This document shows positions 21,156 through 30,536 of a DNA stretch of 64,000 nt, piece after piece. The DNA lies in assembly GCA_044375195.1 (NCBI GenBank), contig JBILNB010000015.1:7619-71618 (forward strand), given 5' to 3'. The stretch is from Rubrivivax sp. Lineage in GTDB: Bacteria > Pseudomonadota > Gammaproteobacteria > Burkholderiales > Burkholderiaceae_C. Position 1 is the first letter of the stretch. Each line of letters opens with the position of its first letter. The notes beneath the pieces were generated by a model that ran no database searches, was not told the DNA's origin, and was given only the letters and a program-made list of their open reading frames with translations. Made by a program: the position numbers and the translations under genes.

Positions 21156-21740
21156 ATGGCTGAGGAAGAAAAGCAGGCAGAAGGCAAACGCAAGCTGCCG
21201 TTGTTGAAGGTGCTCGTGCTGGTGACCGGCGCGCTCGTCCTGCTGGGTCTGGTGGTCATGGCCTCGCTGGTGCTGACCGGCTACTTCGACAAGGTGGACG
21301 AACGCTCGGTCGAGGCGCAGCTCGAGCAGGTCCGCCGCGAGGCTGCGGCGTCGGCGCCTGCGCCCGGCAAGCGCGCCAGTGACGCTGACCGTGGCGCCAA
21401 GGCCAAGAAGGAGCAGCCGCGCTACGAGTACCGGTACCTGGAGTACGAGCGCCCGCTCGTGGCCAACGTCGCCAGCTCGCGCCGGGTAATGCAGGTGCAG
21501 ATCGCCTTCATGACCCGGTTCGACGAGCGCGTGACCAACAACCTGAAGAAGCATGAATTCGCGCTGCGCTCCGCGGCGCTGGATGTCATGCGGCAGGCCA
21601 CCGAGGCCGAACTCGGCAACCCGGACTTCCGCAAGATCCTCGGCGAGCGGCTTCGCACCGAGATCAACGCGGTGCTCGAGAGGCTCGAGGAATTCGGCGG
21701 CGTCGAGGAGGTGTACTTCACCTCCTTCGTCGTGCAGTGA
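21156..21740 (+). CDS. fliL: Basal-body-associated FliL (copy 1)
   Basis: N-terminal TM, LVANVASSRRVMQVQIAF, GVEEVYFTSFVVQ. Confidence 0.9.
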   Translation: MAEEEKQAEGKRKLPLLKVLVLVTGALVLLGLVVMASLVLTGYFDKVDERSVEAQLEQVRREAAASAPAPGKRASDADRGAKAKKEQPRYEYRYLEYERPLVANVASSRRVMQVQIAFMTRFDERVTNNLKKHEFALRSAALDVMRQATEAELGNPDFRKILGERLRTEINAVLERLEEFGGVEEVYFTSFVVQ

Positions 21741-21771
21741 GGGCGCAGCCCGTCAGCGGGGTGTTCGTACC

Positions 21772-22803
21772 GTGAGCATAGATCCGAACCAACCCCTGCT
21801 CTCCCAGGACGAGCTCACCGCCTTGTCGGCGGTCATGGCCGCCTCCTCAGGCGGCACGTCGACCCCGTACAACGTGAACCTGTCCCTGGTCAAGCACGAC
21901 CTGACCTCCGAGGACAGCAGCCTCGGCGTCAACGTCGCCTCGCTCGACATGATCAACGAGCGCTTCATCCGTCTGTTCCGCCTGGGATTGATGGAGTTGT
22001 TGCGCACGAGTCCGAAGCTGAACCCGAGCCGGGTCCAGATCCTGCGCTTCGGCGACTACCTGAAGAACCTGAAGCTGCCGCTGTCGGTCAACACGCTGCG
22101 GATGAACCCTCTGCGCGGCCAGACCATGGTCGTCATCGAACCCGGGCTGATCTTCAGCTCGCTCGACAGCTTCTTCGGCGGTTTCGGGCGCAGCGTGGGG
22201 CACCTCAGCCCGGGGCGCCTGTTCACGCCCACCGAGACGCGCATCATCAACCTGATCCTGCAGGTCTTCTTCCGCAGCATGAAGGAGGCCTGGTCGCCCA
22301 TCGCCGCGGTGGAGTTCGACCCGGTGGGCTCGGAAATCAATCCGCAGTTCGCGCAGATCGCCGACGACAACGATCTCGTCGTGCTCAGCCGCTTCGAGCC
22401 CGAGCCCGCGGGCGAGGCCAGCGGCGCCACCGGTTTCATCGACCTGGTCATCCCCTACATCTCGCTGAAGCCCGTGCGCGATCTGCTGCGCAGCCGGGTG
22501 CAGACCGGCGATGGCAACGACGAATCCGACAAGGTCTGGCGCCAGGAATTGACGGCCGCGGTCGACGAGGCGGCACTCGAATTGCGCGTCAACTTCGGCG
22601 AGATCGACATCTCGTTGCAGCAACTGCGGTCCTTCCAGCCGGGTGACCTGCTGTACTTCAAGAAGCCTGACTGGGCCCGCGCCTACCTGTGCGGCGTTCC
22701 CGCCTTCGAAGTGGAGGTCGGCTCCTCGGGCCAGCAGGTGGCGTGCCGAATCGTGAAATCCATCCGCCCCGAGGCGGATGCCCAGCCTTCGAAAACATCA
22801 TGA
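21772..22803 (+). CDS. fliM: Switch protein FliM
   Basis: LLSQDELTAL, DMINERFIRLFR, SEINPQFAQI, C-terminal SpoA domain; GTG start. Confidence 0.92.
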   Translation: MSIDPNQPLLSQDELTALSAVMAASSGGTSTPYNVNLSLVKHDLTSEDSSLGVNVASLDMINERFIRLFRLGLMELLRTSPKLNPSRVQILRFGDYLKNLKLPLSVNTLRMNPLRGQTMVVIEPGLIFSSLDSFFGGFGRSVGHLSPGRLFTPTETRIINLILQVFFRSMKEAWSPIAAVEFDPVGSEINPQFAQIADDNDLVVLSRFEPEPAGEASGATGFIDLVIPYISLKPVRDLLRSRVQTGDGNDESDKVWRQELTAAVDEAALELRVNFGEIDISLQQLRSFQPGDLLYFKKPDWARAYLCGVPAFEVEVGSSGQQVACRIVKSIRPEADAQPSKTS

Positions 22804-23105
22804 ACCAGACGATGGATGAAGCCCAGACGCCGGCGGCGGAGACCGCGGCGATACGTCCCGAGGTGCTGCAGAACATCTCGGTGACGATGTCGATCGAAGT
22901 CGGCCGGGCGTCGATCAGGATCAAGGACCTGCTGCGTCTGACGCAGGGCAGCGTGGTCGAACTCGACCGCATCGCCGGCGAGCCGCTGGACCTGCTGATC
23001 AACAACACCGTCGTCGCGCAAGGCGAGGTCGTGCTGGTCAACGAGCGCTACGGCATCCGCCTGACGCGGGTGGTCGCCCCTTCGGAGCGGCTGGGCCAGC
23101 CCTGA
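22800..23105 (+). CDS. fliN: Switch protein FliN
   Basis: ISVTMSIEVGR, GSVVELDRIAGEPLD, GEVVLVNERYGIRLT. Confidence 0.95.
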   Translation: MNQTMDEAQTPAAETAAIRPEVLQNISVTMSIEVGRASIRIKDLLRLTQGSVVELDRIAGEPLDLLINNTVVAQGEVVLVNERYGIRLTRVVAPSERLGQP

Positions 23106-23131
23106 AGAGGGCCGGGCGGGCGGCAGCAGGG

Positions 23132-23455
23132 ATGGATTCGAGCGCACTGTCATCGGGAGTGGGTCTGCTGGCTGCGGTGGCTCTGCTGCTGGTGCTGCTC
23201 GCCGCGGCCTTGTGGGCACTGCGCCGCGGCGCCGCGGGGGCCGGCTGGTGGCGCGCGCCGCCGCGGCGCCTGCAACTGGTGGAAGCGCGCGCCCTCGGCC
23301 CGCGGCACCGCGTGGTCCTGATGCGTGTGGACGACAAGGAGGTGCTGATCGGCGTGTCGCCCAGCCAGATCAGCGTCATCGACCGGTGGGCCGTCGACCC
23401 GCAGCCCCTGCCCGTCGCCGGCGACGCGGACCGGGCGGCGATGGAGCGCCCATGA
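23132..23455 (+). CDS. fliO: FliO
   Basis: TM followed by LGPRHRVVLMRVDDKEVLIGVSPSQI. Confidence 0.85.
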   Translation: MDSSALSSGVGLLAAVALLLVLLAAALWALRRGAAGAGWWRAPPRRLQLVEARALGPRHRVVLMRVDDKEVLIGVSPSQISVIDRWAVDPQPLPVAGDADRAAMERP

Positions 23456-24216
23456 ACCGGCGCGTCGTCGCGGGCGTTGCGGCCGGCCTGGCCCTGGCCG
23501 GGCTGGTGTTGATGGGCGGCGCGGCGGGCGCGGCCGAGGTCTTCCCAGCGGTGACGGTCACCAATGCGCGTGGCGGCACGCAGTACAGCCTGACGCTGCA
23601 GTTGCTGGCGCTGATGACGGCGCTGACGCTGCTGCCGTCGATGCTGCTGGCGATGACGTCTTTCGTGCGCATCGTGATCGTGCTGTCCCTGCTGCGCCAG
23701 GCGCTGGGCACCGCGCAGACGCCGCCCAACACCGTCATCGTCGGCATCTCGATGTTCCTGACCTTCTTCATCATGCAGCCGGTGTTTTCCGAGGTCTACA
23801 CCCAGGCGCTCGTGCCCTACATGGATGGCAAGGTCGCCTTCCAGCCCGCGCTCGAGGCCGCGCAGGCGCCGTTTCGGGAGTTCATGCTGCGGCAGACCCG
23901 CCAGGACGACATCGCGATGTTCATGGAGATCGCGCGCGCGGGCCCGGTCAAGTCGCCCGAAGACGTGCCGTTCACGACGCTGGTGCCCGCCTTCCTGATC
24001 TCCGAGCTCAAGAGCGCGTTCACGATCGGCTTCCTGATCTTCATCCCCTTCCTGGTCATCGACCTGATCGTCGCGAGCGTGCTGATGTCGATGGGCATGA
24101 TGATGCTGTCGCCGATGATGATCTCGATGCCCCTGAAGCTGATGCTGTTCGTGCTGATCGACGGCTGGAACCTGATCGTGGGCTCGCTCGCGTCAAGCTT
24201 CGTCATGCCGCGCTGA
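23452..24216 (+). CDS. fliP: Export gate FliP
   Basis: MTSFVRIVIVLSLLRQALG, PAFLISELKSAF, KLMLFVLIDGW. Confidence 0.96.
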   Translation: MNRRVVAGVAAGLALAGLVLMGGAAGAAEVFPAVTVTNARGGTQYSLTLQLLALMTALTLLPSMLLAMTSFVRIVIVLSLLRQALGTAQTPPNTVIVGISMFLTFFIMQPVFSEVYTQALVPYMDGKVAFQPALEAAQAPFREFMLRQTRQDDIAMFMEIARAGPVKSPEDVPFTTLVPAFLISELKSAFTIGFLIFIPFLVIDLIVASVLMSMGMMMLSPMMISMPLKLMLFVLIDGWNLIVGSLASSFVMPR

Positions 24217-24247
24217 AGCGCCTCGGTCTCGACAAGGAAGGGCTCTC

Positions 24248-24517
24248 ATGGATACCGCAGCCGTCATGGAGATCGCGCGTCAGACGCTGTGGGTCACCAT
24301 CATCGTCAGCGCGCCGCTGCTGGGGGCGGCGCTGGTCGTCGGCCTGCTGGTGGGTGTCATCCAGGCCGCGACGTCCATCAACGAGATGACCTTGAGTTTC
24401 ATCCCGAAGCTGCTGGCCATGGCCCTGGCGCTGGCGGTGACGGGGAGCTGGCAGATCGCCACCATCGCTGATTTTGCACGCGCCATCTTCCAGCGCATTC
24501 CGGCGCTGTTCGGGTGA
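24248..24517 (+). CDS. fliQ: Export gate FliQ
   Basis: QAATSINEMTLSFIPK. Confidence 0.96.
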   Translation: MDTAAVMEIARQTLWVTIIVSAPLLGAALVVGLLVGVIQAATSINEMTLSFIPKLLAMALALAVTGSWQIATIADFARAIFQRIPALFG

Positions 24518-24551
24518 CGCGGGATCGGCGCAGCGGCCCGGGACAGCCATC

Positions 24552-25322
24552 GTGAACGTGCTCGCAGGCGACATCGTGGAGCGTTTCCAGACGCTGCTGT
24601 GGCCGCTCCTGCGCATCTCCGCCATGCTGTTGACGGCGCCGCCCTTTTCCACCGACGCCTTCAACCTGCGGCTGCGCATCCTCCTGGCCGCGGTGCTGAC
24701 CTGGTGGGTCTATCCCATGTACGCCTGGCCCGTGGTGGACCCGGTCTCCGCGCGCGGGCTGGCCGAGGTGTTCAACCAGATCCTGATCGGCGTGGTCATG
24801 GGTCTGGTGCTGCAGGTGGTGGTCGCCGCGCTCGTGGTCGCAGGCCAGGCGCTGTCGGCGGCCATGGGTCTGTCGATGGCCAACCTGATCGACCCGACGG
24901 TGGGCAACGTGCCGGTGCTGTCGCAGTTCCTGCTTGTGGTCTCGACCCTGGTCTTCGTCGGCTTCGGCGGTCATGCGCTGCTGGCCAAGCTGGTGGTGCA
25001 GAGTTTCGACACCTTGCCGGTGGGCGCGCAGTTCGCCGGGCAGGAGCTTTACGGCCGCGTGGTGCGCTGGAGCGCGATGACCTTCCTCGGGGCGGTCCTG
25101 CTGTCGCTGCCGGTGCTGGCCACGCTGCTGTTCGTCAACGTGGGCCTGGGGGTCGTGACCCGGGCCGCGCCGAGCCTGAACATCTTCGCGGTGGGCTTTC
25201 CCGCGCTGATCCTGGTCGGCTTCCTGGTGCTGATGCTGTCCCTGGGCAGCGTGGGCGGCCGCATCGAGTGGCTGTGGATGCAGGGCTTTGACGTCCTGCG
25301 TGACCTGCTGGGGCTGGTGTAG
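24552..25322 (+). CDS. fliR: Export gate FliR
   Basis: LLRISAMLLTAPPFS, GLSMANLIDP, RAAPSLNIFAVGFP. Confidence 0.93.
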   Translation: MNVLAGDIVERFQTLLWPLLRISAMLLTAPPFSTDAFNLRLRILLAAVLTWWVYPMYAWPVVDPVSARGLAEVFNQILIGVVMGLVLQVVVAALVVAGQALSAAMGLSMANLIDPTVGNVPVLSQFLLVVSTLVFVGFGGHALLAKLVVQSFDTLPVGAQFAGQELYGRVVRWSAMTFLGAVLLSLPVLATLLFVNVGLGVVTRAAPSLNIFAVGFPALILVGFLVLMLSLGSVGGRIEWLWMQGFDVLRDLLGLV

Positions 25323-25324
25323 CC

Positions 25325-26488
25325 ATGGCAGAGAACTCCGGCCAGGACCGCACCGAAGCCCCGACCGCGCGCAAGCTCAGCAAGGCGCGCGAGGACGGAC
25401 AGGTTGCGCGCTCGGTCGAGCTGCCCGCGGCGGCCGTGGTGATCGGTGCCTTCCTGTTCCTGATGCTGAGCGGCCAGTGGGTGTTCACGCAGGTGGGCGA
25501 GCAGATGATCGCTGCCTTCCGCTTCGACCCCAAGCTGCTCTCGCAGCCCGCGCTGCTGCCCGCGGAACTCGGGCGCCAGATCGTCGATGGCTTGCTGATC
25601 ATCTCCCCGCTGGTGGTGTTCTGTGGCGTGATCGCTGTGCTTGCATCGGGCCTGACGGGCGGCTACCTGTTCAGCCTGAAGAGCGTGCAGCCGCGTGCCA
25701 GCAAGATCAGCCCGGTCGAGGGTTTCAAGCGCATGTTCGGCGCCCATGCCGCGGTCGAGCTGGCCAAGGCGCTGCTGAAGTTCACCCTCGTCGCGGGCAT
25801 CCTGTGGGCCGTCATCATCGCCGACATCGACAGGTTGCTGGCCCTGGGCGGGATGGCCCTCGAGCCGGCCATGGGATCCCTCGGGTCGCTGCTCGCGCGC
25901 TCGGCGCTCGGCGTGTCCCTGAGCCTGCTCGTCATTGCCCTGATAGACGTCCCGTGGCAGCGGCACCGCTTCATGCAGCGCATGAAGATGACCAAGCAGG
26001 AAGTGCGCGACGAGATGAAGGACATCGAGGGCCGCCCGGAGGTGAAGGCGCACATCCGCCAGCGCCAGCGCGAGCTCGCCAACGCGCGGATGATGCAGCG
26101 CGTGCGTGACGCCGACGTCGTCATCACCAACCCGGAACACTTCGCGGTCGCCCTGGCCTACGACGCCGATCGCGACGAGCCGCCCATCGTCGTCGCCAAG
26201 GGGGCCGACCTGATGGCCCAGCGGGTGCGCGAAGAGGCCGCGCGGCACGGGATCCACGTCTTCCAGGCGCCCGAGCTGGCGCGTGCCCTGTACTTCACGA
26301 CCGACCTGGAGAAGGCGATACCCGACTCGCTGTACCTGGCCGTGGCCCAGGTCATCGCCTACGTGTACAGCCTCGAGGGCATGCGCCCTGCGGGTGGCGT
26401 GCCCCGCCGCCCCGAGCCGCAGGTGCCCGGGTCGATGCTGTTCGATGCCCACGGGCGGCGTCAGCCGCCCGCCCAGCCCACCGCCTGA
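25325..26488 (+). CDS. flhB: Export switch protein FlhB
   Basis: RTEAPTARKLSKAREDGQV, MTKQEVRDEMKDIEGRPEVK, autocleavage site NPEH. Confidence 0.96.
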   Translation: MAENSGQDRTEAPTARKLSKAREDGQVARSVELPAAAVVIGAFLFLMLSGQWVFTQVGEQMIAAFRFDPKLLSQPALLPAELGRQIVDGLLIISPLVVFCGVIAVLASGLTGGYLFSLKSVQPRASKISPVEGFKRMFGAHAAVELAKALLKFTLVAGILWAVIIADIDRLLALGGMALEPAMGSLGSLLARSALGVSLSLLVIALIDVPWQRHRFMQRMKMTKQEVRDEMKDIEGRPEVKAHIRQRQRELANARMMQRVRDADVVITNPEHFAVALAYDADRDEPPIVVAKGADLMAQRVREEAARHGIHVFQAPELARALYFTTDLEKAIPDSLYLAVAQVIAYVYSLEGMRPAGGVPRRPEPQVPGSMLFDAHGRRQPPAQPTA

Positions 26489-26517
26489 ATCACGCCGAGC
26501 ACCGGGACCACGACACC

Positions 26518-26859
26518 ATGAAGATACCCTCCTTCAACCCGGCTGGCGTGCTGCGCCCGGCGAGCATGGACCGCAACCGTAGCGACGCGGGCGCGCGGGC
26601 GGCCGCTCGCCAGGGTGCTGCGCGCGTCGACCCGCCGCCCTTCACGTCGATGCAGGTCAAGCGGCTCGTGCCCGGCCGGCAGAACAAGGGTCTCGTCATC
26701 GACATGGAGGACGTCTCCACCGCCGCCGCCCCCGCGACCGTGTCGCCGTCGGACGAGGCGCTGATACGCGCGAGCAAGACCCGGCTGGCGTCGCGGGTGC
26801 AGCGCTTGCGCGAAACGGTGTCCGGCCTGCGGCTGGACATCGAGGCCCTGCGTCGGTGA
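26518..26859 (+). CDS. Hypothetical protein with C-terminal coiled coil
   Basis: 113-aa ATG ORF 29 nt after flhB, co-oriented. Confidence 0.55.
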   Translation: MKIPSFNPAGVLRPASMDRNRSDAGARAAARQGAARVDPPPFTSMQVKRLVPGRQNKGLVIDMEDVSTAAAPATVSPSDEALIRASKTRLASRVQRLRETVSGLRLDIEALRR

Positions 26860-26934
26860 CGAGCCCGACAGCCCTGCCGCTGCGTCCATGCCGCCCTTCG
26901 AGCCGCCCCCATCGAATCATCCAGGAGAAACCCC

Positions 26935-27912
26935 ATGAGCACCGAGTCCCCCACCGACGCCCCCCGACCCCAGCCCGCCCAGGCCGAAGCTGTGGAGCCC
27001 CCTGTCGAAGGTGCAGGGCGGCGGGGCCCGATGCAGGACGTCGAAGATGCGGTGCCGCGTGCTGCCGCGGGCAGCGCCGGATCCGGCGCGCGGTCTGCGT
27101 CGCCCGCGGTGGTCGAGCGCGAGGAATTCGAGGCGCTGAGCAACGCGGTGCTCGAGGCCGCCGACGTCGCCTCGCAGGCGGCGCTCGCCGCCTCGCTCGC
27201 CGGTCGCGAGCTGAAGAACACGGCCGGCTTGCTCTCGGAGGTGACCTTCGGCTTGAACAAGCGTTCGATATGGGCCCTGGGCATCCTGTGCGGGCTGCTC
27301 GTGCTGTCGATCGGATTCTTCAGCGTCATGGCCGTGCGCATGATCAGCAAGACCAACCGCCTCGAAGCCACCTTGCTCGTCGTCGGCAAGCGTGTCGTGG
27401 AGCTCGACGCCGGCCTGACCGGGCTGCGCGCCATCCAGGAGAACCTGGACTCCCTCACCGAGCGCATCGCCACGCTGACCAAGGCGAATGCCGAGCTGGG
27501 TCAGCGTGTGGACAACTCGGTGCAGCAGTCGGCGGCGCTCGTGCAGCAGGTTCCGGAAAAGACCGCCAAGCAGGTTGCCACGACCAGCAGCGACCTGACC
27601 AAGCAGGTCCAGGCCCTGAGCGGACGCATGCAGGCCCAGGCCGGGGCCGTGCAGTCGCAGGCCACGGCGGTGAACGCCCTGGGCGAGGAGCTGAAGGCGC
27701 TGAAGGGCTCGGTGGCGGAGATCGCCGGCGTCAAGCGCGACGTCCAGGCCCTGGTCACGCTGCAGCGCGAAAGGTTCCTGGAAGTGGTGCAGAAGCAGGG
27801 TCAGGTCGTCGCCGACGCCAACGCCTTGCGCTTCCCGCGGCCGCAGCCGGCGCGGCAGGCCGCCGGCGCCGCAGCCCCCGCGGCCGCAGCCAGCGCGGCG
27901 ACCGGCCGTTGA
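26935..27912 (+). CDS. Single-TM protein with long coiled coil
   Basis: AGGAG RBS, TM IWALGILCGLLVLSIGFFSVMAV, then ~170 aa of heptad repeats. Confidence 0.8.
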   Translation: MSTESPTDAPRPQPAQAEAVEPPVEGAGRRGPMQDVEDAVPRAAAGSAGSGARSASPAVVEREEFEALSNAVLEAADVASQAALAASLAGRELKNTAGLLSEVTFGLNKRSIWALGILCGLLVLSIGFFSVMAVRMISKTNRLEATLLVVGKRVVELDAGLTGLRAIQENLDSLTERIATLTKANAELGQRVDNSVQQSAALVQQVPEKTAKQVATTSSDLTKQVQALSGRMQAQAGAVQSQATAVNALGEELKALKGSVAEIAGVKRDVQALVTLQRERFLEVVQKQGQVVADANALRFPRPQPARQAAGAAAPAAAASAATGR

Positions 27913-27962
27913 TCTTGCTGGAGTGTCATCGGCCGCCCGGCCTTTTTCTCGGCCTGCGGTCC

Positions 27963-28553
27963 TTACTGCACGACGAAGGAGGTGAAGTACACCTCCTCGA
28001 TCCCGCCGAAATTCTCCAGCCGGTCGAGAACGGCGTTGAACTCGGTGCGCATCTTCTCGGCCATCAGCTTGCGGAACTCGGGCTTCTGGACCTCGGCTTC
28101 CACGCTCTGCCGCATGATGTCGAGCGCGGCCGAGCGCATCGCGGACTCGTGGCGCTTGATGTTGTTCACGACGCGGTCGTCATAGCGTGTCATGACGGCG
28201 ATCTTCACGAGCATGAAGCGCTTGGACCCCGACAGGTTCGCGAGCAGTTCCTTCTCGAACTCGACGTACCGGTACTCGAAGCGTGCCTGTTCGGGCGACG
28301 CCTTGGTCATCAGCTTCGGCGCGGCGCCTGACGCCCCTGGCGCCGCGCCGTCCGCAGCCCCGCTGCCGGACTGCGTGCCCTTGGCCTCAGCGGCCTCTGC
28401 GGCCAGGGACTCCTTGTTCTGGAAGAAGCCCGTGAAGGCCAGGGTGCCGACGATCGATCCCCCCACCAGGACCAGCACGAGCAGCACCGCCACGATCAGC
28501 AGCAGCATCGAGGGCTTCTTGCCCCCTTCGGTTTCCTGGGTCTCATCGGCCAT
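27963..28553 (-). CDS. fliL: Second FliL paralog
   Basis: Colinear with copy 1 (LLANLSGSKRFMLVKIAV; GIEEVYFTSFVVQ); has its own sigma54 promoter. Confidence 0.9.
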   Translation of the reverse strand: MADETQETEGGKKPSMLLLIVAVLLVLVLVGGSIVGTLAFTGFFQNKESLAAEAAEAKGTQSGSGAADGAAPGASGAAPKLMTKASPEQARFEYRYVEFEKELLANLSGSKRFMLVKIAVMTRYDDRVVNNIKRHESAMRSAALDIMRQSVEAEVQKPEFRKLMAEKMRTEFNAVLDRLENFGGIEEVYFTSFVVQ

Positions 28554-28621
28554 GTGCGTTCATCCCAACGTTCGTGCGCCGGCTGGTCCTGTTTCGCGAC
28601 ACGGGCGCCAGGAGCCAGGAG

Positions 28622-28636
28622 GCAATATCCGTACCA
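28622..28636 (-). promoter_or_regulatory. Sigma54 promoter of the second fliL
   Basis: TGGTAC-GGATA-TTGC on the minus strand. Confidence 0.8.
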
Positions 28637-28725
28637 GCACCCCTAGGTGAGGTGCGGCCGCTTGTCATGCACGTCGGCCGGCGCCGACTGCCGCCGGGGT
28701 CGACCTGGCGAGTCTTCGGTCATGG

Positions 28726-28741
28726 CGGCAGGTTCTTGCCT
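28726..28741. promoter_or_regulatory. Variant enhancer palindrome
   Basis: CGGCAG-GTTC-TTGCCT, 90 bp upstream of the fliL2 -24 element. Confidence 0.5.
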
Positions 28742-29654
28742 AGCGTTGCGCGGTCTTGCCGTGCGCGGCTGGCGCTGCAGCAGGCACCGCCGCCGCGGCC
28801 GGCGGGTTGGCTGGGGTGCCAGCAAGCAGGGCGCGCAACTTCGCCACCTGCTCGCGGCTGAGTCCGACGGGACTGCGCAGCCGGTAGAAGCTCACACCAC
28901 CACTGCAAGGCGGCACCGGCAACACGCCGGTGTAGAGGTCGTAGCCCAGGTTCTCCGGCAGCAGCGATGCCGGGTCCACGGAGACCGTGCCGACCTCGGC
29001 GGGCGCCGCCCCGGCGGCCGGAACGTGCTGCGCCATCGTCCACAGCGTGCGGTTCTGGAACGCCGACTCGCGCAGGGGCACGCTGACGGCGATCAACTTG
29101 CCGTCCTGGGTGCGGTGCACGAACTGGGCGACCAGTGCCGCGGCCATGCCGGCGAAGAGGCCCTGGGGTGGCTGGTGCACGTCCACGTTGATCAACTCGG
29201 CTGTCTCGCCGCCGACCTTCAACACCCCCCCGGGGGCCGGGTAGAGCCTGATCGACTGCCCGGTGTGCGCGACGCGCAGCGGGCCCTGGCGGTAGCGCGG
29301 CTCGAGCGCGGCGGGGCGGGTGTCCGCCTTGGCGGGCTGCGCGGTCAGCGGAGTGTCCCTGGCCAGCTGGCAGGCCTGCTGCGTGTCCGTGCCGGCGACC
29401 GCGACCAGGCCACCCCCCGCCTTCTCCAGCGCTCTCAGCCGCGCCTCCCGGTTGCGGGCCGTCGTCTCCAGCGCCTCGACGTCGGTCTCGAGCGCACTGA
29501 TGCGATCGCGCTGGGTGGCGACGATCTCGGCCAGCTTCTCCGCCTCGGACCGGTGATGCGCCGCCTGTCCCCACTTCACCGCGGCCAGAGTGCCCAGGGC
29601 CGCCATCAGGGCCCCGAGCAAGCCGAACAGAATGATGCGCAAAAACAGTTTCAT
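28740..29654 (-). CDS. Membrane-anchored alpha-carbonic anhydrase homolog, predicted catalytically inactive
   Basis: TM, coiled coil, then colinear alpha-CA motifs with substitutions: HTGQSI (NGHTI), NVDVH (QFHFH), VAQFVH (EAHFVH), LLP..LGY..YTGVLPVPPC (GSLTTPPC). Confidence 0.75.
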   Translation of the reverse strand: MKLFLRIILFGLLGALMAALGTLAAVKWGQAAHHRSEAEKLAEIVATQRDRISALETDVEALETTARNREARLRALEKAGGGLVAVAGTDTQQACQLARDTPLTAQPAKADTRPAALEPRYRQGPLRVAHTGQSIRLYPAPGGVLKVGGETAELINVDVHQPPQGLFAGMAAALVAQFVHRTQDGKLIAVSVPLRESAFQNRTLWTMAQHVPAAGAAPAEVGTVSVDPASLLPENLGYDLYTGVLPVPPCSGGVSFYRLRSPVGLSREQVAKLRALLAGTPANPPAAAAVPAAAPAAHGKTAQR

Positions 29655-29737
29655 TTAGAGAACGTGCTTTGAATTTTTTGAATAACGATCGAGGAGTTTA
29701 TAGTACGCGGGCTTGCATGCACATGGCTGCGACGAAC

Positions 29738-30235
29738 ATGAAACTCCTGCTTGGTGGCGTGGCGCTCGGAATGGCCTTGATGGCGGGCATCGTCGGCATC
29801 GTTTCCGTGGTCACGGGCGACAGCAGTGCGCCCGACATCCCGCAGGACATCGGCGCGGTCAAGCGTGACGGGTCTGTCATTGACCTGATCTGCGAACTGC
29901 AGCTCGATCTGGACGGTCAGGTCGCGCTCGGGATCCAGGCCAACGAGCCGCCGCGCATGGCGATGGCCCAGATCGACCTGGCCAGGAAGTCCGGCTGGTA
30001 TCAGGGACGGCTGGCGATCTCCGAGGGGCGCGGCGGCAATCTGGAGGTGAAGGCGCAGCAGTTCGTCGTCAGCCGGCCTGCGATGTTCCAGCGCTTCGGC
30101 ACCGTCATCACGCGCGAGGCCTTCGTCATCGACCGGGCCACGGGCGCCTTCACGCAGACGCTGGACACCCAGGACGGGCGCACGGTGAAGCTCATCCGCG
30201 GCACGTGCGCGCGGGTGCTGAAACCCCCGTTCTGA
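29738..30235 (+). CDS. Hypothetical exported or membrane-anchored protein
   Basis: Hydrophobic N-terminus and a beta-rich domain with two Cys; divergent from the CA-like gene. Confidence 0.7.
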   Translation: MKLLLGGVALGMALMAGIVGIVSVVTGDSSAPDIPQDIGAVKRDGSVIDLICELQLDLDGQVALGIQANEPPRMAMAQIDLARKSGWYQGRLAISEGRGGNLEVKAQQFVVSRPAMFQRFGTVITREAFVIDRATGAFTQTLDTQDGRTVKLIRGTCARVLKPPF

Positions 30236-30295
30236 ACCTGGCCTCAGCGGTCCGGGCGCTCGGCCTGCCTTGCTGCGGCGCCCCGCGGGTTCACC

Positions 30296-30520
30296 TCAGA
30301 CGAGGCACCACAGGCCCACGCACCAGCCGAACATCCACTCCAGCGCCAGGTCCAGCGTCAGGCCCAGCAGCAGTATGGGCAAGCCGATGCTCCAGACCAG
30401 GAGCCAGGCGCCCGCGGCGGTCATGCGTGGGCCCTCGATGCGATGGCCCATGACGGTCTGCGACGGCGGAATATCCAGGGAAGACTTCTTCGAGGCCTGT
30501 TTCATCATGCGCCCGGTCAT
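30296..30520 (-). CDS. Small membrane protein
   Basis: GHRIEGPRMT followed by hydrophobic segments, ending WCVGLWCLV; start may be at the internal MGHRIEG. Confidence 0.55.
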   Translation of the reverse strand: MTGRMMKQASKKSSLDIPPSQTVMGHRIEGPRMTAAGAWLLVWSIGLPILLLGLTLDLALEWMFGWCVGLWCLV

Positions 30521-30536
30521 CGGCTCGGAAGATTCT

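Noticed and set aside
27931-27947. Hairpin plus T5 between convergent genes
   Set aside because: The stem is only 4 bp (GGCC/GGCC), too weak to call a terminator.
28740-29654. Idea that an active carbonic anhydrase supplies protons to the stator
   Set aside because: The Zn ligands, proton shuttle and gatekeeper Thr are substituted, so catalysis is unlikely.
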